In this document: piece by piece, positions 21,721 through 32,024 of the stretch
Numbering within the stretch: the first letter of the stretch is position 1
How the letters are laid out: each line of letters starts with the position of its first letter
Assembly (NCBI RefSeq): GCF_004010195.1
Contig: NC_057718.1
Coordinates: 53,137,518 to 53,169,541, forward strand
Length of the DNA stretch: 32,024 bases
Direction: 5' to 3'
DNA from: Chiloscyllium plagiosum
Taxonomy: Eukaryota
The notes under the pieces: generated by a model
What the model saw: the letters and a program-made list of their open reading frames with translations, nothing else
Told to the model about the DNA's origin: nothing
Database searches by the model: none
Position numbers and translations under genes: made by a program

Positions 21721-22799
21721 TATTTCTCCTGCCATATTTTCCTTGTGTGTGTATTTTTTTCAGTTCTTCTTAGTTTCAACTTTTTTTTTAAATCTGCAGT
21801 ATTTTGATGCTGCTATAATCTCTCTCCTGAATAGATTCTCAATACTTCGAATGACATTGAAATTTCCTTTTCTCTTTAAAAGTTTTAAACTCTTCAATGC
21901 AGCAAAGTGGAATCTTGGCATCCTTTATTAGGAATTACTCCACATTTTTGTTGTCAAAATTTACCTGCCTTCCACAGCCAAAATGAAATTTTCCACTTTT
22001 CTGCATTCAATATGGATTTCCCACCCCCCCCCCCCCATTTTATTGCATAATAAACAAAGTTCACCCTTTTCTCCAAGTCTGTTGCATTGTTTAAGTTGTC
22101 TCTTTAGTTCCAATAATTCTGGATTTGCAGTGTAAACCCTGCTGCAACCTCAGCTCTGATTACTTTGTCTTCTGTAGCCATGCTTCATGGTTTCTGCTCA
22201 TTATGGTGGCAATGTTTGTCCTGAGCTGTGCTGACGCCTTGTTTTAAATTTCTAGGTGTCTCGTGCATGCTCAGCTGTTGATTTTAAATTGTTCCCATTG
22301 TGCAATGTGGATTTCTAACTTTATTCATGGAACATCAATGTATGCTCACTTCCTCGTCAAAACTATAATTTTAGACTGTTCCTATAAATTCTCACTTCAT
22401 GACCAAATGTGTAACTGTCATGCGTGAATCCCTTCTAGCACTCATAGATCAACGTGAGGGCAAGGTTGATTTGTGCAAAGGGTTATTGGGGGGTAGGTGG
22501 TGGGGAAATGGATCGTGCAAGGGATGACAATCCTGAAGCAATAATATCCATTGAGCCATAGCTGGCTGCCCTGAGAAGGGTTGTACCTCTTAGACTGTGG
22601 TTATAAAAATAAAGCTGTCTTCTTTCTTAGAGAATGCCTTCATGTTGTGTTACTCTCTCTCCTCTATTGGACTTCGAAGCCTGGGGAGCCAGTCTGTCAC
22701 CTTAACAGGATTGGGAACCTGGTCCTTTAATCTGGGCTGATGTGTATGGAAATTCTCCAGAGGGTCAGGACCTGAACCTGAATAGATGTCAGATTTGAA

Positions 22800-24063
22800 T
22801 ACCTGGAATTGAAAATGGTGGCCCAGGTATTTGCTACTCCATTTATTGGGGGGGGAGGTGAAGGGTAAAACTTCAAAAAGGAACAAAGCAACAGGTTAAC
22901 ATCTGTGAGGGGGTGAATTCAACTGCATGTAAAAACATGAAAACAAATTAAAAGGAAGGAGAACGCAGGAGAGGTTATTAAAGCCTCGAAAACACAAAAT
23001 AAACAAAGTGTTTGGAAAGAATTAGGAATCAAACTTCAAGCACACCAGCTAAATGGTTGACAATAAGAAGAGAAACGATAAATACAGGACTGAAAGTTTT
23101 GTACCTGAATGTCTGCAGTGTACAAAATAAAGCCAAAGGCTTGTGGTTCAGATCGAAATTGGCAAGTATGATGGGCATGATGGAGACGTGGCTGCATGGA
23201 GATCAGGACTGGGAGCTAAATATCCAAGGATTTTGCATCCTATTGAACAGGTGGGTAGAGAGGGTGGGTTTGAGTTATTAGTAAAAAATGAAAGTAAATC
23301 AATAGTAGGAAATGATATAGGGTCAGATGACGTAAAATCTGTATGGGTAGAGTGGAGGAACCATAAAGGTAAAAAAAAACCACAATGGGAGGTACATACA
23401 TGCCATCAAACAGTAGTCTGGATTTGGGGCACAAGATACAGCAGGAGATAGAAAATGCATGTAAGAAAGGCAAGGTTGTAGTGATCATGGGATTCAATAT
23501 GTAGGTGGACTGGGAAAATCAAATTGGTAGTGGATCATAAGAAAAGGAATTTGGGGAATGTCTACAAGATGGCTTCTTGGAGCAGATTGTGGTGGACCCC
23601 ACTAGGAAACAGGCAGTTCTGGATTAGAGTTGTACAATGAGGCAGACTTGATAAAGGAGCTTGAGGTGAAGGAACCTTTAGGAGGCAGCGATCATAATAT
23701 GATAGAATTTACTCTGCAATTTGAGAGGGAGAAGCTGGAATCAGATGTAACGGTATTATAGTTGGATAAAGACGATTATAGCGGCATGAGGGAGGAGCTA
23801 ACCAAAATTAACTGGGAGAGCAGCCTAGTAGGAAAGACAGTGGAACAATTATGGCAGATGTTTCAGGGAGTAATTCAGGAGACAGAGCAAAAATTCATCT
23901 CTAGGAAGAAAAAAAAGCATACTAAAGGGAGGATGAGGCAAGCATGGCTGACAAGGGAAGGCAGGGACAGTATAAAATCAAAAGAGAAAGCGTTTAGTGC
24001 GGCGAAGGGCAGTGGGAAGCTACAGGACTGGGAAGCCAACAAAGACCAACAAAGGACAACTAA
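22800..24063 (+). mobile_element. CR1 LINE fragment: end of ORF1 and APE endonuclease region of ORF2
   Basis: LKVLYLNVCSVQNK, METWL, SVWVE, FLEQIVVDPTR, GGSDHNMIEF (SDH at 23687-23695); 5' boundary approximate. Confidence 0.88.
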
Positions 24064-25809
24064 TGAAGAATGGAAATGTGTATCCATTAAAAAAAGTGTT
24101 CAAGGAGCCTTGCTCAGGAATAACCCTACACATAGCAAAAACACTTTGAAGTGAATATTGTCTTAATTAAGTGTGTTTTGTAACAATGTTAAATTTAGAT
24201 AGAATCTTTACATTTTGCAATGAACTCTAAAAGACTCCATTATTAATTTTAATCTTGAAAAAAAATGTAAACAGATCTATTTATTGATATAATATTACAC
24301 TTACATATTTATTGATTTGTGATGGGCAAAACCAATAATCTTTCTTACTGAGTAAGCATTAAAAACAAATCATTTCACATCTCCGGCAGGGTTATTTCCT
24401 AAATGTTTTCAAAGTCATTTCTATTCGGAACATTCCTACAATAGGGTAACCCTCTGACGTATTATGTACAATGGAACAGGAGAACTCTGAATAAGCATAT
24501 ATAAATCTTGTGCTGAAGTGTCTTTCGATTCAGACACTCCAACTTGTTTAAGGTTTTACCAGTTTTCCTTAAAATGTGAAAGACAGTCACAACTCTGCTG
24601 CTTGGAATTAACACCTTTGCAACTGCTTTCTGACAGTAGCTTCTAAGGATGCTACGATCACCTGGATTTATTTATCTGGAATGGAGGCCTTAAAAGTATA
24701 GGCCTGGTTAGAAGATAGACCATGCAGATATGCTTCATAACCCAGATCACTATAGATTAATTGTTTTACACAAATGTAAAAAAAATCAACAAATTATCAT
24801 TTAAAATAAATTAAATCAAATGGGCTGGCAGGGTGCATGAGAATTATAATAGTGCAGTATTGTGATGATCAGCAACCAGCAGTTCTCTGCATTAACTTTA
24901 CGTGTAAACTGAAGTTCATTCAAATTTTGATCCATCATTAAAAGGAGCAATACTGTGAGTAATGACTATTTTCATGAACTCCATCTCACATGTCCACACA
25001 TTAATCATTTCGGATGTCATGATTTAATGCTAAATGGGTTTCAGTCAGTCACATGCAGTAACCCTTAGTCAGCCTATTCTTTCCTCTGTAATACTAAACT
25101 GTACATGAAGACTTACTGCTGGAGCTGATCTCAAATGGACAAATCCAAAATGATACTTTCTAAATCTTATTGGAATTGTTTTGTCTCATATAACTAAACA
25201 AAATATGAATGTGCCAATTAACATTAATCAAAAGAGGAAAAGTAATTATACGAATACACATTTGAGAAAAACATAAAGTGGATTTTCAGCTTTTTTTTTT
25301 GGAGTTGACAACAATCCATTTTAGACTTATCATGTAATAGCTATTATAGATCTATTTAAAAGAATGGTTGAAATACAGCTGTAAATAAAAATTATATGCT
25401 ATATGTTAAAATATGTTTAATGTTTTTCTCTGAAACAGTTAGTATAATAAGATTTAAGTGTTCATTATTAATCTGTTTGATAATGAAATCCATAGATATA
25501 TTTTCAAAGAGAATGATATTTTCAAAATATTTATTTGGATGTTTCTCCTCACTCCATTAGATATCCATATGTTTAAATTCCTCTGCTGTTCTGCTGCCCA
25601 TTCCCAAGCAGTACAAATAAACCTACAAGTTTGGCACTTATTGTCAATGCTGCGGGAGTTGAAAGAGTACTCAATTCTCTCAGCACATTTTCTTGACCTT
25701 TTGGAACATGTTAGCGGTTATCAAACCTTTCACCCAAAAAGGTTGACTAGATCTATGATACACACGGAAGAAATAGAAGCAGAAGTAGACAATTCAGCCC
25801 CTTGAGATA

Positions 25810-26740
25810 TTGTCTCACAAATGCCTTGAATAATTGAATAATAGCACCATTACCTATATGTTCAATTCCTCTCATCATAACTGACACTAAGCAAATGGTC
25901 TGTAATTCCTGGGACCTGCTCTATTTTACTCTAAAAATATAGATATTATGTCAGGTATCTGCCAGTAGTCCGGAAATATGCATATATACATTATAGTGAA
26001 TGAGACATTGCATTGCCTATGTAAAATTAGGATGAGACAGATTTCGGTCAGTAATTTATTAAAAAAAAACTCCAATTTGATCTCTTTGTCCAATATCTAA
26101 TTGATGTAGATATGAAACTTTTTTCATGCCAGGAGTAAAAAAAAAAATTTGGAGTCGAAAAGGGTGGCGCTGGAAAAGCACAACAGGTCAAGCAGCAACT
26201 GAGGAGCAGGAGAGTCGATGTTTCGGGCATAAGCACTTCATCAGGAATCCTGATGAAGAGCTTATGTCTGAAATATCCACTGTCCTGCTCCTCGGATGCT
26301 CCCTGAACTGCTGTACTTTTTCAGTGCCAACCTTTTTGACTCTGAATCTCCAGCATCTGCAGTCCTTACTTTCTCCTAGTACAAAAAATTGTAATGACTG
26401 GTTGCAACATTCTTATAATAGAGAAGTAATCAAAGTTTTTAAGGTTGTTTTGGGAGTTTTGCCACCAATGGAACAAACACGACTGATTTGATCTGCCTTG
26501 TCTGGGTGATGAGACAATAGAATTTAGTGACTCCATTGAAATAAGGACAGGTATGCCTCCTGTTTGAGGAGGTAAACAGGGTATAAGTTGAAGGATATTA
26601 TGTAATGCTCATTTTATCTGCATGAGAAAACTGTCATCATTGACAAAGCATTATTCTGTTTGATATTAGAGTTTGATTTTTTCCGTGAATTCCCAGGCAT
26701 TAATCTTTTCCCCTCTTCCGTAATAATAAAAACTGTTTCT
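25810..26740 (-). mobile_element. Very degraded CR1-like remnants
   Basis: Minus-strand NYRPFA*CQL-like segment at ~25875-25910 and weak VFITEE-like similarity near 26715-26737. Confidence 0.35.
26152..26377 (+). mobile_element. Head-to-head palindromic PLE-tail element
   Basis: 95-nt inverted arms 26152-26246 and 26248-26342 around ttcatcagga-a-tcctgatgaa; A-rich imperfect TSD at 26134-26151 and 26378-26391. Confidence 0.85.
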
Positions 26741-27565
26741 AGAATTCAAGTCCATAGTCCTTTGAAAGTTACATCACAAGTAGACAGGGTGGTTAAGAAG
26801 GCATTTAGCGCACACGGCTTCATTTCTCAGACCATTGAGAATAGGAGTTGGAACATCATGTTGAGATTGGACAGAATGCTGGTGAAGCCACTTTTTGGAG
26901 TATTGTGCACAGTTCTGGCTACTCTGCTCTAGGAAGGATATTGGAGATGGTGCAGAAAAGATTTACCAGGATGTTGCCAAGACTGGAGACTTTGGGTTAT
27001 AAGGGTTTGCCGGAAAGGCTGGGACCTCTTTTACTGGGATTGTAGGGGGTTCAAGGATGATGGGCATTGATCAGATGAATACCAAAGGTCTTTCTCCTAG
27101 AGTGTGGAGTTCAAAACTAGGGGCACATATTTAAAGTGATAGGAGAAATATTTACAAGGAACCCGAGGAACAACTTTTTCACACAGAAGTTGTATGGAAT
27201 GAACTACCAGAGGAAGTGGTAGATGCAGGTACAGTTACAACATTTAAAATATATTTGGACAAGTACATGAATAGGAAAGATTTAGTGGAAAATGGGCCAA
27301 TCGCAAACAAATGAATCTAGTTTAGTGTAGGAAACTTGGTCAGTATAGATGAATTAAACCGAAGGGTCTGTTTCCATGCTGTATGACTCTATAAAGGATT
27401 GCTTCCAATTAGACTTCTTGATTATGTGCTGTACTTCATACTAATGTCTTCTGACTCACGTACCTGCACACCTAAATCCAGTTGCATCTGATCTGATTAT
27501 CAATGGAGGAAACAAATGAAATGATGAGACAATGGAATTTAGTGACTCCATTGAAATAAGGACAG
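26507..27565 (+). repeat. 44-bp direct repeat pair (26507-26550 and 27522-27565)
   Basis: tgatgagacaat[a/g]gaatttagtgactccattgaaataaggacag, one mismatch. Confidence 0.9.
26741..27393 (+). mobile_element. CR1/HER1-type LINE 3' fragment
   Basis: IQVHSPLKVTSQVDRVVKKAF, LEMVQKRFTRMLP, tail gaagggtctgtttccatgctgtatgactcta. Confidence 0.9.
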
Positions 27566-28216
27566 AAGCAATTGATAGACACATTTTAATCATTTGTATA
27601 TGTTAATATAATTGTCCCCAATCAGGATTACCTGAGATCTGAATTGTAGAATGTGTTTGAATATTTAGATTTTCACTTCAGATGGTGGTGAAGTGGGAGC
27701 CAGGGAGGGAGTGTTGAATGCTAATGGGAGTTAGGCCTGCTGTGCCCAGACTCAATGTTCATGCAACACAGGCCTTTGATGTGGACATGGGCTGTGAGAA
27801 ACACCAGCCTTAGTGCATTGGGACTTGTTAGGAGGATAACAAAACAAGAAGCAAGCATCTAGCCCTTACACTTCGCCCTTCTCCACCTTCCCATACACAT
27901 CCATGCTCACACCAACCTGTACCCCACGCATACCCTACAATCTGTCTTATCCTCCAAACCAACTTATGCCACTGAACCAGTGCCCATTACCCTTCATAAT
28001 CTTTATGCCAACCTATGCACCATACTCAACCCCATTTACCATTTTTAAAGTAGTTCAACTATTTAATCCCACAGAAAATAATACATTTGTATTCATATTC
28101 ACATAATAAAGGCTTTATAACTACTGCAAGCTTTCAATCAAACTGTGAATTGGCAGGCAGCCCATTGTAATGATGACAGGTTGTGAAGTCTGTGATGTGG
28201 CACAAATCCTACAGAG

Positions 28217-28440
28217 GCAAAATACTACAGTTGCTAGAAACCTGAAACAAACACATAGAATACTGAAATAACATATATCTGACAGCATCTGTGGAGAGAG
28301 AATCGGAGTTAACATTTTGTTTCTGGTATATGTATTCTTCACATGTTTTTCTCTCTCCCCAGATGCTTCTAAGCCTGCTGAGTTTCACCAGCACTCTTTA
28401 TGTTTGTTTCAGATTTCTAGCATCCACAGTATTTCACATT
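28217..28440. mobile_element. Old palindromic PLE-tail element, second subfamily
   Basis: gctagaaacctgaaacaaaca / tgtttgtttcagatttctagc and agcatctgtggagagagaa / ttctctctccccagatgct are inverted; the right arm resembles 5245-5325. Confidence 0.7.
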
Positions 28441-29819
28441 TATTCAGCTATTTAATTCACTGACACTTCTCTTCTAGGTATGTTCATCTTGAAGAACTTC
28501 TGCTCTTCACCCCAATGGGATTTCAGTTTTAGTCTTTCAACTTCTTTATCTTCATTGCTTTCTATCTACCTGCTTGCGTTGGATAAAGTATTTACACAAA
28601 TCCTATAGTTACAAAATGTATGTGAATATCAACAGAGTGAAAGAACACTTTTTCAATTGTAGCCTGTTCATTTTAAGTTTAAAAATCAGGAGATTTAAAC
28701 ACATTGACAATTTGATCATTCCAATAGCTGAGATTCTCAATTTTGTTGCTTGAATGTGATGGCTAGAATGTTCAGAGATGTGTCCCACCAATTGGAAAGC
28801 TTTCTGAATCAAATTCCAAGCATCTTTTTAATACAATCTTAACAAATCAGTGAATTCTTGAAGTCTTACTTCACCAGAGGCTTCCAGCCAGTCAGAGACA
28901 AGCAGATTCTGGGTCCTAGAGATGGTCAATGGAAGCCTAGTCTTCAGGTGATCCAATGACGAGAATGGAAACATCTTTTCTTTTGAGTCTTGTGGAGTGC
29001 TAGTTGAGGGAAGAAGACGGTCAAAGGATTATAGGTAAGGAGAGATTGTGACTTTGAGTGTGTATCTACTTGCCCATTATTCCTGGCCTCAGATTGGGGC
29101 AATTGGAGACCCCAGACCCCAACCCAGCAGAAAAGCCTTGAAATGCCAATCAGAATTCCAACCACTTTTCATACCTGTTGGTTAGGCAGCTAATTAGTTC
29201 ACTGGTGAGTTGAGTTTATTAAGTGGTTGTTAATTGATCACTCAAAGGCGTTAATTACTGATGAAACAAGAAGATCTAAGGTTGATCTTGTCACCCAACA
29301 CTAAATCATTGAAGTGCTGTGAAGGGAATGAGTACTTCTCCAGGGTCAATTCATCAAATTTTATTTTTATCTTTCTTGCCACATTCCTCACAAGTGTTTG
29401 GAAGGAGATAATTGAGCTCAATGAGTGTAACCATATGTTGTGCACATTCATGTCTATGCTTAATAATCCCAAAGGACAATCAATCTCTCCCAAAGGGCAT
29501 TTAACCTCTCATTAGGGACTCTTTTGTCTCCCAAAGGGCACTTTTACTCCCAAAGTGTACCTATATTAACCCAGAAGGAAACCATTCCACTCCATAGAAG
29601 TTTAGATTTTCTTCTGAAAAGTGTAAAGCCCACAAGTCACACTTTGGAAATTTCTCTAATGAAAACTGTATCTGTTTCACATGTCTGTGTACAAAAGATA
29701 TGCAAACTATAACCTGCTCCAATTACTCATCTGGGGAAAGTGCTGGGTTCAGAGATGGGTTTCTAGAATCTCAAGATTCTAGGTAATCCCAATATGGAGG
29801 ACAGGAAAAAAATTTGGCT

Positions 29820-31859
29820 GTAACAGCTGCTCCTTTTTTGAGGTATTTTAGGTGTAGGAGGTGATCTCCTTGAATTCCAGGAGCAGCAATTACTGCTTCA
29901 TATGCTGTTACATCATTTTGGAACTTTGGGGGAAAAAAAAGTCAAATTAACAGCACTTTTAAAAGGGAGAAGAACAGATGAAGAAAGCACATGGTGAGGT
30001 CAGTGCGAGAGAGACAGACACCACAGTGAACCTGCATAGTTACAGCCTTTGCTGTTTGAATTCATGTATTGCTGGACATCGGAGTGCATCTGGGAAAATT
30101 AACAAACAGTGAAATTCACAACTGATCGTGGAGGAACTGTTTGGGTGAAGTCACAGCACAGAAACAGATAAGTGAATAGTTTTGTGTGGCCTACAGAAAG
30201 TCTGCAGTCGTGGGTAGAGTAGGTTCTATGTTTTTTGAGATGTGTCTCTTGATTAAACTTAAAATATAAGCCATAACTATTAATTTATCCTGGAGCAGTG
30301 TTTTATAGGGGAATAAGATGGTATTATTTTCTGGGTCTGCAGATTGCGAAGGAGCAAAAATGGCCTTTAGTAGAGTGATATGCACTTATCAGATATGAGA
30401 GTTTAAGGAGAGTTCACAAGTTACTGTGGATTATATCTACAATACACGCTGTTGGTTGTGAATCCTATCAGATCAAATAGATCAGTTGGAGAGACAATTC
30501 GAGACAATGAGGAATTTGCATCAGCAACAGTATGTGATAGATGGCAGTTATAGGAAGGGGCAAAAGTCGCAGATACAGTCACGTAGATGGGTTAACTCCA
30601 GGAAAGGTAAGAGAGATAGGCAGTTAGTGCAGGAGTCTTCTGTGGCTATCCCCATTTCAAACAAGTATGTTGTTTCGGAAAATATAGGGGGTGATCGATT
30701 CACAGGGAAATGTAGCACGAACAGCCAAGTTTCTGGTATTGAGACTGGCTGTAATGCAATGAAGGGTACATTGGGTTCCAAGAGATCAATAACGTTAGGG
30801 ACTCTCTAGTCGGATGTACAGACAGATGTTTCTGTGGCCACCAGCAAAAAAGCAGAATGGTGTGTTGTTTCCCTGGTGCCAGGACCAAGGATGTCTCAGA
30901 GAGAGTGCAGAATGTTCTCAAGGGGGAGAGGGGCCAGCAAGAGGTCATTGTCCACATTGGAACAAATGACATAGGAAGGGAAAAGGTTGAGATTCTGAAG
31001 GGAGATTACAGAGAGTTAGGCAGGAATTTAAAAAGGTCCTTGAAAGTAGTAATATTTGGATTACTCCTGGTGCTATAAGCTAGTGAGGGCAGAACTAGGA
31101 GGATAGAGCAGATTAATGCATGACTGAGGAGCTGGTCTATGGGAGAAGGATTCACATTTTTGGATCATTGGAATTTACTGTGGGGCAGAAGTGGCCTGTA
31201 CAAGGATGGATTGCACCTAAATTGGAAGGGGACTAATATACTGCAGGGAGATTTGCTGAGCTGCTCAGGAGGATTTAAACTAGTGAGGTGGGGGTGGAGG
31301 GGGGACTCAGGGAGATAGTGAGGAAATAAATCAATCTGAGACTGGTACAGTTGACAACAGAAGCAACTCAAACAGTCAGGACAGGCAGGGACAAGATAGG
31401 ACTAATAAATTAAACTGCACTTATTTCAATGCAAGAGGTCTAACAGGGAAGGCGGATGAACACAGGGCATGGTTCGGAACATGGGACTGGGATATCATAG
31501 CAGTTACAGAAACATGGCGCACGGATAGACAGGACTGGCAGCTTAATGTTCCAGGATACAAATGTTACAGGAAGTATAGAAAGGGAGGCAAGAGAGGAGG
31601 GGGAGTGGTGTTTTTGATAAGGGATAGCATTACAGCTGTGCTGAGGGAGGATATTCCTGGAAATACATCCAGGGAAGTTATTTGGGTGGAACTGAGAAAT
31701 GAGAAAGGGATGATAACCTTATTGGGATTGTACAGTATTATAGGCCCCCTAGTAGTCAGAGAGATTGAGAAACAAATTTGTAAGAAGATCTCAGCTATCT
31801 GTAAGAATAATAGGGTGGTTATGGCATCAGATTTTAACTTTCCAAACATAGACTGGGAC
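29820..31859 (+). mobile_element. 5' part of a CR1 LINE (putative 5' region, ORF1, start of ORF2)
   Basis: ORF1 remnant from ATG 30360; ORF2 endonuclease LNCTYFNARGL, AVTETW, RGGGV, VIWVEL, DFNFPNIDW; 29820-30359 assigned by position only. Confidence 0.85.
30360..31283 (+). pseudogene. CR1 ORF1 with SGNH/GDSL esterase domain, frameshifted
   Basis: (G)DS at ~30798-30805, FPGAR, VHIGTND (GTND 30959-30970), DGLH 31205-31216. Confidence 0.85.
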
Positions 31860-32024
31860 TGGATTAGTGGTGCTTGAAGAGCACAGCAGTTCAGGCAGCA
31901 TCCGAGGAGCAGTAAAATCGACGTTTCGGGCAAAAGCCCTTAATCAGGGATACAGGCAGAGAGCCTGAAGCGTGGAGAGATAGTTCAGAGGAGGGGGGGG
32001 GTGGGGAGAAAGTAGCATAGAGTA
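31859..32024 (-). mobile_element. PLE tail interrupting the CR1 ORF2, running off the window
   Basis: Reverse complement matches 9843-9932; the hammerhead box reads CTGATTA (G8 lost). Confidence 0.85.

Noticed and set aside
26507..27565. CRISPR-like array
   Set aside because: Only two repeats 1 kb apart, no spacer periodicity, and a vertebrate repeat context.
29251..29515. Overlapping opposite-strand ORFs as an exon or Gypsy RT
   Set aside because: No motif recognised with confidence.
29485..29555. Short duplications (ctcccaaagggca; also ccagcagacaac at 20827 and 20847)
   Set aside because: Ordinary slippage-scale duplications with no further structure.
571..31933. Short ORFs in the track as host genes
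   Set aside because: They are transposon fragments, antisense frames of repeats, or 60-130 aa ORFs with no recognisable domain.

Overview
Repeat-dominated, non-coding vertebrate DNA with no recognisable host gene and no intact long ORF. The HE1-type V-SINEs and HER1/CR1-type LINEs point to a cartilaginous fish, probably a shark (inference from repeat families). The window is a layered set of mobile-element remnants: many CR1 LINE pieces (including a 5' end with an SGNH-esterase ORF1), a second L2/CR1-group LINE family, HE1 SINEs, a solo LTR, a fossil Gypsy gag and a fossil PIF/Harbinger transposase. A 2.1-kb Penelope-like element (PLE; RT + GIY-YIG, 10-bp TSD) is nested in a CR1 RT gene. The strongest signal is the PLE tail, which carries a minimal hammerhead-ribozyme-like motif. 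It recurs eight times, three of them as short head-to-head palindromic units, one with a perfect 16-bp TSD. Other unexplained structures are a ~1.1-kb degenerate foldback, a 91-bp TG..CA insert with a 5-bp TSD, two LINE deletions patched with other LINE sequence, and a 44-bp direct repeat 1 kb apart. Boundaries of old elements were estimated by eye; no database search was run.
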